Source: an uncultured delta proteobacterium
GTDB lineage: Bacteria; Desulfobacterota; Binatia; HRBIN30; BPIQ01
Direction of reading: 5' to 3'
Assembly (NCBI GenBank): GCA_963761335.1
Contig: CAVXGR010000012.1
Coordinates: forward strand, 480,001 to 544,000
DNA: 64,000 bases
Shown here: positions 28,604-39,633 of the stretch, piece by piece
Layout of the letters: each line of letters opens with the position of its first letter
Position numbering within the stretch: position 1 is the stretch's first letter
Translations under genes and position numbers: made by a program
The notes under the pieces: model-generated
What the model saw: only the letters and a program-made list of their open reading frames with translations
Told to the model about the DNA's origin: nothing
Database searches by the model: none

Positions 28604-30200
28604 TCACTCGCCGACCTCCTCGCTGAGGCGTCGAACGTGCCCCGTCGCGCCGACGTCGCGATAGAGCTCGAGGGCTCGGCGCAGCTGCGACCGCGCCTCC
28701 TGCTCGTCGTTGCCCAGCGCCGCCAGCCGGGCAAACTCCTCAGCCACGAGCGGCGCGTAGGCGCGCGCACCACTTTTCTCGACCAGGCGATCGGCGTCCC
28801 CGAGAAGCGCTGCGATTCGCTCGCTCGCGGCGGCGCCGTCGAGGGCGCGGAAGACGCGGGATTGCGAGATGCGGGCGCGCAGTAGATTGGTCCACGCGTC
28901 GGGAACGAGGATCGGCGCCTCGGCCATCTCCCGTGCGCGCTGCTCCTGTCCGACGGCGAGATACGCCTCCGCGAGCACGCCGGTCGTGAGATCCGTCCAG
29001 CCGCGCGCCTGCTTTCCCACGATCTGCTGGTGTCGGGCCCGATCGAGGGTTGTGACAGCCTCGTTCGCGAAGCCGTGAAGCAAGCTACCCGAGGCACCTA
29101 TCGCCTGGCGCAGGCGCTGGACCGCCATGGCGAGCGTTGCCGCCTGCTCGACCTTGCCGTCTTCGAGCCAGGCCAGGGCGATTTCTTCGTAGGCTTCGGC
29201 CATGAGGTGGGGCACGAGCGCATGCTCCTCCCCCAGGTCGATGGCCTGGTGAAGCGAGCGGAGCGCCGCCTTCCGGTCCCCGGGACTGCAGTACAAGCCA
29301 CGCCAGAGGCGAGCCCCGATCTCGACGGTGAGAGCGACGCCCGCCGCGGCCTCGATGGCCTCGTCGAAGTAGCGGTCGGCGCCGTCGAGATCACCTCCCA
29401 CGGCTGCGGCCTCGCCCTGCAGGAGGATTGCCCATGCGATGAACGCTGGGACGCCAACCTGCCGCGCCGTCTCGGCCACCTCGGCCGCCCGTTCAGCTGC
29501 CCGCTCGGGCTCGACGGCCAGCTGCGCCTCGCGCACTAATCCGCGAATCGCCATCGCTATCACCGTGTCACCCGACGCTTCCGCCAGCTCGATGCCCCGC
29601 TGCCCCTGTTCGATCGCCGCCGCGCAGCGCCGCGAGGCGGGCGCGCTCCTCCACCAGGCGCGGCAGGAGTGAGCGCGCGCTCGTCTCCTCGATGAGCACG
29701 GCGGGGCGCGGGTCCTCGCCCTGAAAGGGCGGGACCGGGCCCGCGGAATGAGCGATGCGGACACGGTCACCCACCGCCCAGGTGTTGACCTCGCTCCGCG
29801 GCTCCGCGCGCAGGATCTCCTCGGCCTTCGCGAGGGCCGCGCGCGCCTCCTCAAGCCGCCCCATCTCGCACAAGGCCTGCGAGCGGGAGTGCCAACTCTG
29901 GCTCCAGCCCGGGAAACCCATGGTTGCGAGTCCCAGCTCGTGGTCGCCTTCCGACCATCGGAGCAACTCCTCGAGGTGCGCGAGGGCCTCCGGATATCGC
30001 GCCAGACAGTGCGCGCTGTAGGCGCCGACAACGCGTGCATGTGCGTGGGTCTCGGCAGACATGCCGTCGTCCAGCAGCGCACAGGCCTCGGTGCCCAGGG
30101 CGTGGAAGCGACGCGCGTCGCCAGGGTTGCCGACGAAAATCGCCCAGTACGAGAGCAGCCGGACCTCGCGCTCGCGATCCGATGCGGCGCGAACGATTGG
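28604..30200 (-). pseudogene. Mosaic of several orphan TPR C-terminal fragments
   Basis: Frame-switching helical segments; two copies of the EExARLAAL tail motif; ends LYRDVGATGHVRRL. Confidence 0.7.
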
Positions 30201-30251
30201 GTCGACACGGAGCCCAACTTCGAGCGAAACTCCAAGCTTCTTTCAAAGGGC

Positions 30252-31964
30252 TCACTCGCCGTCGCCCTCCAACAGGCCGTATTTTCTCGCGAGGTCCATA
30301 TACACGTGTGTCCACGATACTTCAGGGACTTTTCCGTAGACCCGGCGCATGCCGGCGATCGTGTAGTGAGGATTCAATTCCCGGATCTTGTGTATGCATT
30401 TCTCGGCTTCATCCGGACGGCCGTCCAACTCATACGCCAAAGCGAGCGTTAGGTATTGGGGGATAAAGTCCGGCGCCATATCTGCGGCATGCCTCAGATG
30501 TGACAAGGCGTCCTGCAATCGCCCCCCGAACAGATACGCACCGCCTAGGCTGGCATAACCCGTCCACTCATGGGGATCGACGCGGACCGCCTGCTCGGCG
30601 AAGGCGATACCTTCGTCTATTTCACCGAGTACCACCAGCGGGACCGCAAAGTGCGCGAGCGCGGTGGGATCGTTGGGATTGAGATCCACGGCCCGACGGC
30701 CGTGATCGCACGCTTCGTCCATGCGGCCTTCGATCGTGCGGAAGAGGCAGAGGACCGCGTGCGTGTACGCATCGTCTTCCTTGAGCGCAAGCGCTTTCTC
30801 CGCCAAATCGATTGGCCGCTGCAGATCCGTCGAGCGCTGATGGAAGAAATCTTCCCACAGCACCCGCGCGAGACCGGCATAGGCGAGACCGAAGTCCGGA
30901 TCCAGAGCGATCGCTTTCTCGAACAGCGCCCGCGCCATGCGAAGACTTTCCGGCGTAAACGTGACATGTAATGCGCGGGCACGGAGATAGAGCTCGTGGG
31001 CCGCGCGGTTCTCTGTGGGTAGGTCTTGCACTCGCTGGCGCTCGCCTGCGGTCAGGCTGACACTCAGGGCTTCGACGATTTCTAGCGTGATCTCGTCTTG
31101 CAGGGCGAAGATGTCCGTCAACGTCCGGTCGTATCGTTCCGACCAGAGGTGGTGGCCCGACCATCATCACCGACTTGTCGAAGGTGAGCGGTCTCCTGGT
31201 CATCGCCCGCCACTCATCATTCACCTACAAGGGGAAGAACGTCGACATCGCCACCGTGGCGCGCGAGCTTCGCGTTTCACATGTCGTGGAAGGAAGTGTC
31301 AGGCGTGTGGGCGATCGCGTGCGCATCACGGCGCAGCTGAAGGCGCCACTGATGCAACCACTGGGGCTGGGTTTGGCTCGCCGATCCTTACCAGATAGGC
31401 ACGAACGGGCTGGGGAATATTCTTCAGGGTGTGTTCACCCAAGTCCGTCGCGTTGAGGGAGAGTTTGTTTCGCACCTGCGCATAAACGGCGTCGGACAGA
31501 CAGAGGGCTCCGGCTTCTCCCAAACTTTCGAGGCGGGCGGCGATGTTGATGCCTTCGCCGTAGAGCCGATCATCTTCTATGCGGACGTCGCCCAAGTGTG
31601 CGCCTATGCGGAACCGGACTTGACGGTCGTCGGGGAGGTCGGCGTTGTGTGTCTCCACTTCGACCTGGATAGCGAGGGCGCACTCAACAGCTTGCAAGGC
31701 ACTCGGAAATTCGGCGAGAAAGTTGTCGCCGACGAAGTCGGCCAAGCCCTTCATGGTTCGCGGGGTTCCGGGTTCGGGGTTCGACCATCTCTGAGCCCTG
31801 GAACTTGAACCCGCGCGCAGCACCGTGCCGCAGCCGTTGCAGAACTTTGCGCCGGGTGGGTTCTCGGTTCCGCAGGCGGCGCACGATGCGCCAAGCGGGG
31901 AGGCGCACTCATTACAAAAGCGCGCGCCCGTGGGGTTCTCGTGTCCGCAGCTCGGGCGATTCAT
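30252..31964 (-). pseudogene. Chimeric zinc ribbon + class III cyclase + TolB-like + TPR gene with internal inversion
   Basis: CGHENPTGARFC; GDNFLAEF..RIGAHLGDV..GEGINIAARLE; HLWSERYDRTLTDIFALQDEI; middle segment 31162-31340 lies on the + strand. Confidence 0.8.
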
Positions 31965-32567
31965 GAGGAGAGAGTCCCCGCAAGCAGCCGCTCCGCGTGC
32001 TCCGATGCACCGATCTCGACGTAGCGAGCGTGCGCGCGGCGGAGCTCTTTGGCCTCTGCGTCGTGGTCGCCTCGCAAGGCCGCCAGACGGGCGTGCTCCT
32101 CGATGATCTGCGGCTCGAGCGTATGCCCCCCGGTCTCGTGTACCAGGGCGAGCGCGCGGGTGAGACAAGCCTGGATCTCTCCGGCGGCACGGGCGCCCGG
32201 ATCGGCGTGAAGTGCCCGCGCGAGAGCGAGCTGACCCATGCATTGGAAATAGAGTGCACCCTGTTTCTGTGCGCAGGCAATCGCTTCTTCAGCCGTGGTC
32301 CGGGCTCGCTGTGCCTCACCTCGACCTAGATACGCGCGCGAGAGGTCGGCAAGCATCGAGGCCTCGGCGTCCAGGTTGTTCCGCCTCGCACGCGCCGTTG
32401 CCAAAGACCATTCGAGAGCGCCCGCGGCCTCGGACCAGTCCCCGTGGAGCACGTGTGCCAGGCCGAGCCCGCGGCGTGCCATGATGCGCAAGAGGTTGCT
32501 GCCGTGCTGCTCGGCGATTTGTTCGGGGACCTCGCGGGCCCGTTGGAGCTTGTCGACAAAACTCATC
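31961..32567 (-). pseudogene. Short paralog N-terminus fused in frame to an orphan TPR C-terminus
   Basis: MSFVDKLQRAREV joined to ...EEHARLAALRGD...YVEIGASEHAERL. Confidence 0.65.
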
Positions 32568-32712
32568 GGGGCTCTTCTTGGCGCCACGTTTCCAGTACAG
32601 GGTTTTCGCGGCAGGCATCCTTGCCCGAAACCGCGCCCGAAAGCGAACGGTGAAGCCTCTCGTGCCCGTGGTACATCAAGGCGGCGATCGACGTGATGCT
32701 GTCCCGCGGCGT

Positions 32713-33159
32713 CTACGCCGGAGTCCCCAGACTCACCTGCACGACGGGTGCACGGACTAATGGAGAAATGATCCCCAGCTTCGGAAAGTAGCTCCGGTAG
32801 CGCGCCGCGTCCCGGGTCAGCAGCTTCATGCCCGAAACGCTGGCGTGCGCGCCGATGTAGAAGTCCGGCAACGGCGATGACCGGATTCCGCCTCGCCTGC
32901 GGTAGGTCAGAAAGCACTTGCCGGCAAGGAACGCGGCTTCCCACGGGAGTGCCAAGCGGTGAAAGGTCCGCGGCGGGAGCGCGGCTTCGATCTCCTCGAT
33001 CCGCACGAATCCGATCGATACCTCTGCATAGATGATCGGGTTGATGGCCAACAGATCCCGGTCACCGTGCTCTGCCAGCGTCTCCATCGACCAAGGAGAC
33101 CAGCGCGGGTCCTCCGTGAGCACGTCGAGGAGAACGTTGCTGTCGACCAGGATCGGCAC
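32713..33159 (-). CDS. VapC-like PIN domain toxin
   Basis: ILVDSNVLLD, NPIIYAEVS, LPDFYIGAHA, LLTRD. Confidence 0.9.
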   Translation of the reverse strand: MPILVDSNVLLDVLTEDPRWSPWSMETLAEHGDRDLLAINPIIYAEVSIGFVRIEEIEAALPPRTFHRLALPWEAAFLAGKCFLTYRRRGGIRSSPLPDFYIGAHASVSGMKLLTRDAARYRSYFPKLGIISPLVRAPVVQVSLGTPA

Positions 33160-33395
33160 TACTTCTCGCCGCGCGTGAGCGCGATGATCTGGTCGGTGGT
33201 CAGACCACTGGTCGCCTTGCCTCTGAGATGCTCAACGATGCTACGACCGCGTCGACGCTTGCGGCCGCCCCGCGCCTTTCTGATCCGTACCGCGGTACCT
33301 TCGACCGTGAACTCCACTTCGCTGTTGGGCAGCAGACCCAGCCGTTCCCGGATCTCGACCGGAATGGTGACTTGCCCCTTCGATGTGACGCGCAT
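33159..33395 (-). CDS. AbrB/MazE/SpoVT-family antitoxin
   Basis: MRVTSKGQVTIPVEIRERLGL. Confidence 0.9.
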   Translation of the reverse strand: MRVTSKGQVTIPVEIRERLGLLPNSEVEFTVEGTAVRIRKARGGRKRRRGRSIVEHLRGKATSGLTTDQIIALTRGEK

Positions 33396-33638
33396 GACAG
33401 CCTCCCAATGGCAATACTTACATGAGTCTTACTATCGCAGGGCGCCTCGATGCGCGTCAAGCTCGGCGCATCGGGCGCGGTGGTCTTGGCGCCGAGGAGC
33501 GCCGTTCGGGACTACCTGCGCCAGCACCCGGAGGCGGCGCATCTCTCGTCGGGCCGTCGCACCATCGCCTGAGGTTGTCGTCTTGCGGACCTGGAGGCAA
33601 TTGCCGGCCCCTCCGCCGCTGTGGCAGATAGCTGCGAG

Positions 33639-34556
33639 ATGAAACTGCCCTTCATCTCCGCCGCGCCGCCGAAGCCCCTGAAGATCGTCGGCCTCGTTCC
33701 GGCGAAGAACGAGGCCAAGCGGATCGCGAGCTGTCTGCGCGTCCTCTGCCTCTTCTGCGACGCCATCGTCTACCTCGATGACAACTCACAGGACGAGTCG
33801 GCCGCCATCGTCCGCTCGCTCGCCGCAGAGTGCCGCATCGAGCGCATCGTCGAGAAGAAGGACGACGAGTTTCACGAGACGATCCGAAGGGCGACGCTGC
33901 TGCAGGCCGGACGCGAGCTGGGGGGAACGCATTTCATCGTCATGGACGCCGACGAGATGCCGACCGCGGCGTGCCGGCGCGGCGGCTTTCTGCGCCGTCG
34001 CGTCTCGTCGCTGCGTCCGGGAGACACCCTGCAGATGGTCTGGCTCCAGCTCTGGCGCTCCCCGATGCAGTACCGCTGCGATCGGTCGATCTGGACGAAC
34101 CAGTATCGGGGCTGCGCCTTCGCGGATGACCGGCGCTGCGCCTACCCCGAGACTTTCATTCATCTGGACCGTATCCCGGCCGGGCTCTCCGGCCGCGGTT
34201 ACCGCATCCGCGGCGACAAGTACGGCGTCATGCACTTCCAGTTTGCCAACTGGCCCAACCTGCTGGTCAAGCAGGCGTGGTACCGCTGCTTGGAGCGCGT
34301 GAATTATCCCCGCAAGCCCGCCGCGGCGATCAACGCGCTCTACGCGCCGAGCAAAGACGAGCGCGGCCTGCGGCTGCGCCCCGCGCCCTCCGCCTGGTTC
34401 GACGGCTATCCCTTCCTCGACCCGCAGTCCCTGGCGCGCCCGGAGCCCTGGCGTGAGCGCCAGGTCCTCGAGTGGTTCGACCGTTATGGCGCGGACTACT
34501 TCCGCGACCTCGATATCTGGGACATCGACTGGGAAACGAGCCGCCGCAGCAAGTAG
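33639..34556 (+). CDS. Family 2 glycosyltransferase
   Basis: PAKNEA, LDDNSQD, MDADE. Confidence 0.82.
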   Translation: MKLPFISAAPPKPLKIVGLVPAKNEAKRIASCLRVLCLFCDAIVYLDDNSQDESAAIVRSLAAECRIERIVEKKDDEFHETIRRATLLQAGRELGGTHFIVMDADEMPTAACRRGGFLRRRVSSLRPGDTLQMVWLQLWRSPMQYRCDRSIWTNQYRGCAFADDRRCAYPETFIHLDRIPAGLSGRGYRIRGDKYGVMHFQFANWPNLLVKQAWYRCLERVNYPRKPAAAINALYAPSKDERGLRLRPAPSAWFDGYPFLDPQSLARPEPWRERQVLEWFDRYGADYFRDLDIWDIDWETSRRSK

Positions 34557-35272
34557 ACGGCAAGGCCGCTCCAGCCGCGCACTTCGACGAGAAGCTGGGT
34601 CGCGAGAAGACCCGCGGACCGCGGCCGCCGCCCAAAATTCGCGGCGCGGCGCTTCTCGAACACGCGCCTTCCAACGAACCAGGCGCGGAGCTGATTCTGG
34701 TGGCGATACGTGGCGTCGTGCGGGCTCAACCCGACGCTGTAGTGGCGGTGCGGAAACAGCAGCGAGCGGGCGTCGACGAGCGCGCCCTCCCGCGTGGCCA
34801 CCTCAGTGAGATCGTCGTCGGCAAATACCGACAGGTAGCCGGGGTAGTAGAGGTAGCCCAGCCGCTCGTAGAGCCCTCGTCCGACGATCGGCAGAGTCAT
34901 GATGCGGCCGTCGATGCCGTCGTCGACCAGCACCGCGACGTCGCGCCGGCCGGCGATGACATCGCGCAGCGCTGTATCCCAATGCTCCGGGCAGCCGAAG
35001 TCGTCGGAGACGACGATCATCACATCGCCGCCGGTCGAGGGCGCGGCCCGGTTCACGGCACCGACGACGGAGCGATTCGCGCCGATCACGACGCCAACCC
35101 CGCGCCGCGCCGCCAGGGAACGGTACTCATCCAGCGCCGGGTCGCCGGCGTCGACGCTCAGCACGTACTCGCATCCGCTCGGATCATCGCACTTCCCCGT
35201 CCACTCGAGGATCGCGGCCTCGGCCATCGTCACCCGCCCCCGCGACGGATGGATGAGACTGAACCGCAACAC
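34496..35272 (-). CDS. GT-A fold glycosyltransferase
   Basis: SLIHPSRGR, VGAVNRAA, IVVSDDF, FADDDL; start may extend to 35338. Confidence 0.72.
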   Translation of the reverse strand: MLRFSLIHPSRGRVTMAEAAILEWTGKCDDPSGCEYVLSVDAGDPALDEYRSLAARRGVGVVIGANRSVVGAVNRAAPSTGGDVMIVVSDDFGCPEHWDTALRDVIAGRRDVAVLVDDGIDGRIMTLPIVGRGLYERLGYLYYPGYLSVFADDDLTEVATREGALVDARSLLFPHRHYSVGLSPHDATYRHQNQLRAWFVGRRVFEKRRAANFGRRPRSAGLLATQLLVEVRGWSGLAVYLLRRLVSQSMSQISRSRK

Positions 35273-35273
35273 C

Positions 35274-36359
35274 TCACCTTCCACGGCCGGCCACCTCGAG
35301 AAAGCTTCCGCGTCCTCCGCTTTGCGCTCTGAATCCACTCTTCCACCGCAGCTCCATGTCGAGTGCGCCGCCGGAGCGCAGCTCGCGAATCCGCCTCAAG
35401 CGCACGTAGCGCCCGCTCTCGAATTCGCGCAGCGCCAACCGATTCGACTTGTACGCGTCGTACAGCTGCTCGATCCCGTCGCGCACCGTCCACTGCGGCC
35501 GGTACGATGGCACTTGCGCCGGCAGCTTGTCGCAGTTGACCCGGTAGCAGCGCGGGTCGGGGCCCCCGCCAGGCGCGTACACGACCTTGCTGCCGGTGAC
35601 GACTTCCTTGACCATGCTTGCCACTTCGCTGACCCGGAAGTTCTCCCCAGTCCTGCCGACGTTGAATGCCTGGTTGTGCACCGCCTCTCGCGGCGCCTGC
35701 AGGACCGCAAGAAAGGCCGCGGCGATGTCATCGACGTGGACCAGCGGACGCCAGGGGCTACCGTCGCTCTTGATCAGGACCTCGCCAGTCAGATACGCGT
35801 GCGCGACCAGATCGTTGACCATCACGTCGGTGCGCAGGCGCGGCGAGACGCCAAAGGCGGTGGCGTTGCGCAAGAACACCGGCGAGAACGAAGCGTCGGC
35901 CAGCTTGCCGAGCTCATGTTCGGCGCGGACTTTGGATGCGGCGTACGGTGTCGCCGGGTTGAACGTCGCCCGCTCGGTGAGCAGTTCGCCGCCGGCGACT
36001 CCATAGAGGCTGCACGACGACGAGAACAAGAAACGAGAGACTCCGGCGTCCTTGGCAGCCCGCGCCAGACCTACGGACGCGTTCAGGTTGATTTCTTCGG
36101 TCAACACCGGATCGAGGCTGCCGAGCGGGTCGTTGGAAAGAGCGGCCAAGTGAACGATGGCATCGACGCCGTCGATGTCGGCAGGGCCGACGTCGCGCAG
36201 ATCCTTGCGCACCGCGGCAACGCCGTTCCGAGCCTCGCCGAAATCGCATCCCTCGAAGAAGAACGTATCGAGGCCGACGACCTCGTAGCCCGCCTCGAGG
36301 AACATCGGGACGAGGACCGAGCCGATGTAGCCGTGATGCCCAGTGACCAGGACCTTCAT
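35274..36359 (-). CDS. NAD-dependent epimerase/dehydratase
   Basis: VTGHHGYIG, HLAALSNDP, SSCSLYG, YAASK; alternative start 36386. Confidence 0.9.
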   Translation of the reverse strand: MKVLVTGHHGYIGSVLVPMFLEAGYEVVGLDTFFFEGCDFGEARNGVAAVRKDLRDVGPADIDGVDAIVHLAALSNDPLGSLDPVLTEEINLNASVGLARAAKDAGVSRFLFSSSCSLYGVAGGELLTERATFNPATPYAASKVRAEHELGKLADASFSPVFLRNATAFGVSPRLRTDVMVNDLVAHAYLTGEVLIKSDGSPWRPLVHVDDIAAAFLAVLQAPREAVHNQAFNVGRTGENFRVSEVASMVKEVVTGSKVVYAPGGGPDPRCYRVNCDKLPAQVPSYRPQWTVRDGIEQLYDAYKSNRLALREFESGRYVRLRRIRELRSGGALDMELRWKSGFRAQSGGRGSFLEVAGRGR

Positions 36360-36390
36360 CTTGCCGAGCCTGCGGTCGCCCTCCATGCGC

Positions 36391-37044
36391 TCAGCTCACG
36401 ACGATCTTGCGGGCGTGAAACGCCTCGGCGAACGCCGTGTTCGACTCGACGCCGCGCAGGCGCATGAGCGCCTGAAAGGTGTCGGCGGTGAACCACGGCT
36501 TGGCGTGCTGGCTCTTGAAGTGCTCGCAGATGAGCTCGACCTTCCGTGCGGCGAGATCGGCCGGCGCTGGAACGTAGCAGTTTGGTGTCCCGAGATCGCC
36601 ATCCCACTTGGGAATCTCGTACTCGAGGACGACGGCGTCGCGAAAGGTCTGCCAGGTGAGCTCAGCGATCGTGCGGTGATCCTGGTGCCGGTCCTGGCGA
36701 TCGTGGGTGAAGATGAGATCGGGACGGAACGCAGCTTTGATTTCTTCGAACCGCTCCTTGAGACGGGCGCCCGCGAACGGCAAGAAGCCGTCCCGGAAGC
36801 CCTCGATCGCGATCTGCGCCGAGCATGCGCCGTTCAGAAAGGCGCGCGCCGCCTCCTCCGCCTCGGCTCTTCGCTCGCCGCGGTCGGCGCCGAGCACCGC
36901 CCAGTAGAACGTGGCGGCTTCATATTGGCGGACGAGTCGCAGCACGGTGGCGCCGCAACCGATCTCGATGTCGTCGCCGTGCGCCCCGAGGCACAAGACC
37001 GCCAGCGGAGCCCTCGGATCGCGGCGGAAAGCCAGCTCAATCAC
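36391..37044 (-). CDS. PIG-L family deacetylase
   Basis: LGAHGDDIEIGCG and HQDH motifs. Confidence 0.88.
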   Translation of the reverse strand: MIELAFRRDPRAPLAVLCLGAHGDDIEIGCGATVLRLVRQYEAATFYWAVLGADRGERRAEAEEAARAFLNGACSAQIAIEGFRDGFLPFAGARLKERFEEIKAAFRPDLIFTHDRQDRHQDHRTIAELTWQTFRDAVVLEYEIPKWDGDLGTPNCYVPAPADLAARKVELICEHFKSQHAKPWFTADTFQALMRLRGVESNTAFAEAFHARKIVVS

Positions 37045-37766
37045 GGCTCTCCCCGCTCCTTCCACACCTCCCAAGGAGCTCGGCCGCTGGCGCAGAGCTC
37101 GTCGAGAGCTTGCTTGTCCTTGAAGGTATCCATGTTCTTCCAGAACCCGTCGTACAGATGCGCCTGCAGAGCCCCGCACCGTACCAAACGCTGGAAGGGC
37201 TCACCCACGAGATCCTCACCCTCGCGCAGATAGTCGAAGATCTGCTTGCGGAAGACGAAGTAGCCGCCATTCACGCGCAAATCCACCTCGTCCGCCGGGG
37301 CGATCTCGGTGACCACCCCGTCCGGCCGAGCCTTCACGAAGTGGTAGGTCAGCGACGGCTTCACGCAGAGGAAGAGGCCGATCTTGTCCTCCGCGAATGA
37401 GCCGATGAGCCTGGGGAGCGGGATGTCGGTGAGCCCATCGGCGTAATTGGCCAGAAAGATCTTCTCGCCTTCCAGGCAGCGCTTGGCCGCGTAGAGGCGC
37501 TCGCCGATGCTCGCCTCGATGCCGGTGGCGGTGCAGGTGACCCGCCATCCGTCCGTCTCGGGGCGATGCCGGCGAAAATACGCTTCGATCAATTCTCCCT
37601 TGTGGCCGAGACAGAGAATGAAGTCGGTGTGGCCGTAGTGAGCGTAGTAGCGCATGAGGTGCCACAGGATCGGCCGTCCGCCAATCTCGACGAGCGCCTT
37701 CGGCAGGTCATCGTAGACGCCGCGCAGGCGCATCCCCTGCCCGCCGCAGAACAACACGACCTTCAT
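37041..37766 (-). CDS. Glucose-1-phosphate cytidylyltransferase-like nucleotidyltransferase
   Basis: MKVVLFCGGQGMRL..PKALVEIGGRPILWH, NYADG, NGGYF, FWKNMDT. Confidence 0.88.
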   Translation of the reverse strand: MKVVLFCGGQGMRLRGVYDDLPKALVEIGGRPILWHLMRYYAHYGHTDFILCLGHKGELIEAYFRRHRPETDGWRVTCTATGIEASIGERLYAAKRCLEGEKIFLANYADGLTDIPLPRLIGSFAEDKIGLFLCVKPSLTYHFVKARPDGVVTEIAPADEVDLRVNGGYFVFRKQIFDYLREGEDLVGEPFQRLVRCGALQAHLYDGFWKNMDTFKDKQALDELCASGRAPWEVWKERGEP

Positions 37767-39079
37767 TCGGCGAGCTTCTCCAGTAATCCGTGCGACAGCA
37801 AGGTGTGCGCTGCCCGCCGAACCGTCGCGAAGTCGATCCCGGCGCGTCGGGCAATCTCGAGCAAGCTGTGCCCGCCGTCCGAAAGGTTGAGCACCCAGAG
37901 CACGGCCATTTCGGCTCGCTCCGCCTCCGCCTGCCCCCCGATCGTTCGATACAAGCCGCGCCGGCCGAGCTGCGGCTCGCATTTCGGGCTGGTGCTGGCG
38001 TAGCGCAGGTCGTTCTCGACGACGTCGATAATCGCGAGGTACCGCCGCAGCGATTCCGCCAGATGCGGAGCGGCGACGAAACCGAGATCGTCGGCGGAGG
38101 TGTGGTACTCGGGGAAGCGACCGTGAGGCGTACGCGTGAGACTGCCGACCGGCAGGTCGAATCCGGGCGAGCAGTACTGTCGTTCGTCGTAGCCGTACGG
38201 CGAGAAGTCGCGGATTTCATAGTCGCCGCCACCGTGCCGCAGGACATGCTCCACGGTGCCGTCGATCGTCGCCGAGCCGCGGCGACTGCGTTTGTAACGA
38301 AACTTACCCCCGTCGCCGACGCAAGCGACGACCAGGCCGTGGCGGATGCGCGAGGCGCGCTGTTCGTTGCGGCTGAGCCAGGTGATCGCCCCGACGGTTC
38401 CGGGAACAAAGAGAAAGCGATAGGAGTGCCGCAGCTCGAGGTCGCCAAGAAGCCGCGCCACTTGCGCCGTCAGCGCGATACCCGACAGGTTGTCGTTGCA
38501 CAGCGACGGATGACAGATGTGACACGAGAAGAGAAACTCCTCTTCCGATGCCCCGGGAACCACGTACTCGCCGTAGGTGAGATGGCCGTCGGCGAGCGTC
38601 GAATCGATGCAGACGTCGTAGGCGTCCTCGTTGAGTTGCTGCCGCTTGTCGTGCTCGAGGCAAAATCCCCACCGTTCCTCGTAATAGGACGTGCGGTACG
38701 GGATCCAGCGCGGATGCTCGGGCAACGAGTACAGGTGGGCTTCCAGCTCCGCCCGACTCACCCGGCGCCGGATCGGCGTGCTGTACTGCAATACGTGCAG
38801 ATTCGATCTGCGGAAATCGATGAGGCGTTCGCCCGCAGGATTCGCTACCCAGGCGTCCCTGATGTTCCACTCCTTCGGAACCACCCAGTCGAAGACTCGG
38901 GTGCCGGTCGGCACCTCTTGCCGCGACAGCTCGAGATTGCGGCCGATAATGTCGAGTGTCCGGCGCACGCCGTTGCCGGTGATGCTTCGGCAGATGGGAT
39001 AGAGCTCGGCGATCAGGCCGTACATCTCGCGCCCGGCGGCATCGAAATCGACGCCCGCAATTCTCTCGTCGATTCTCAT
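37763..39079 (-). CDS. DUF4910-type peptidase-fold protein with C-terminal HTH
   Basis: LYPICRSITGNG, WVVPKEWNI, HICHPSLCNDNLSG, YDERQYCSPG, EYHTSADDL. Confidence 0.85.
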   Translation of the reverse strand: MRIDERIAGVDFDAAGREMYGLIAELYPICRSITGNGVRRTLDIIGRNLELSRQEVPTGTRVFDWVVPKEWNIRDAWVANPAGERLIDFRRSNLHVLQYSTPIRRRVSRAELEAHLYSLPEHPRWIPYRTSYYEERWGFCLEHDKRQQLNEDAYDVCIDSTLADGHLTYGEYVVPGASEEEFLFSCHICHPSLCNDNLSGIALTAQVARLLGDLELRHSYRFLFVPGTVGAITWLSRNEQRASRIRHGLVVACVGDGGKFRYKRSRRGSATIDGTVEHVLRHGGGDYEIRDFSPYGYDERQYCSPGFDLPVGSLTRTPHGRFPEYHTSADDLGFVAAPHLAESLRRYLAIIDVVENDLRYASTSPKCEPQLGRRGLYRTIGGQAEAERAEMAVLWVLNLSDGGHSLLEIARRAGIDFATVRRAAHTLLSHGLLEKLAE

Positions 39080-39633
39080 CGAGGCATCCCTGGCACCCGC
39101 TTGTCTTCCCGGAAATCGGGGAACGAGCGGTCTCGGTCAGAAATCACCGACAGCTCGAGCGGCCACTCGATGCCGAAGGCGGGATCGTTCCAACGGAAGC
39201 CGGCCGCAGCCTCTGCCACATACGGACGTGACATCTGGTAGAACACCTCTGTGTCGTCGGCGAGACTCTGGAAGCCATGGGCGAAACCCTCCGGGACATA
39301 GAGCGCGGCGCGATTGCCGGCAGTGAGCTCGATGGCGAAGTACCGCCTGAACGTCGGTGAGCCGATCCGAAGGTCGACGATGACGTCGTAGATGCCGCCG
39401 GCAGTGCAGCGAACGACCTTGGTCTCGGCGTGTGGCGGCCGCTGCAGATGCAGGCCGCGCACGGTCCCGCGGCGACGATTGAAGGAGACGTCGCATTGCG
39501 CCACTTCCGGGCACAGCCCGTGCGCTTCCATCTCCCGGCCACAGAATGAACGTGCGAAGAAGCCGCGCTCGTCCTCGATCGGCTCCATGGCGATCACGAA
39601 CGCTCCTGCCAGCGACGTTTCTTCGAAGATCAC
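39076..39633 (-). CDS. rfbC: dTDP-4-dehydrorhamnose 3,5-epimerase family
   Basis: DERGFFAR, RGLH, DVIVDLR, YVPEGFAHGFQ, WNDPAFGIEWP. Confidence 0.9.
   Translation of the reverse strand: MIFEETSLAGAFVIAMEPIEDERGFFARSFCGREMEAHGLCPEVAQCDVSFNRRRGTVRGLHLQRPPHAETKVVRCTAGGIYDVIVDLRIGSPTFRRYFAIELTAGNRAALYVPEGFAHGFQSLADDTEVFYQMSRPYVAEAAAGFRWNDPAFGIEWPLELSVISDRDRSFPDFREDKRVPGMPR

Noticed and set aside
20988..33395. Integron, prophage or diversity-generating retroelement
   Set aside because: No integrase, phage genes, reverse transcriptase or recognisable attC sites seen.
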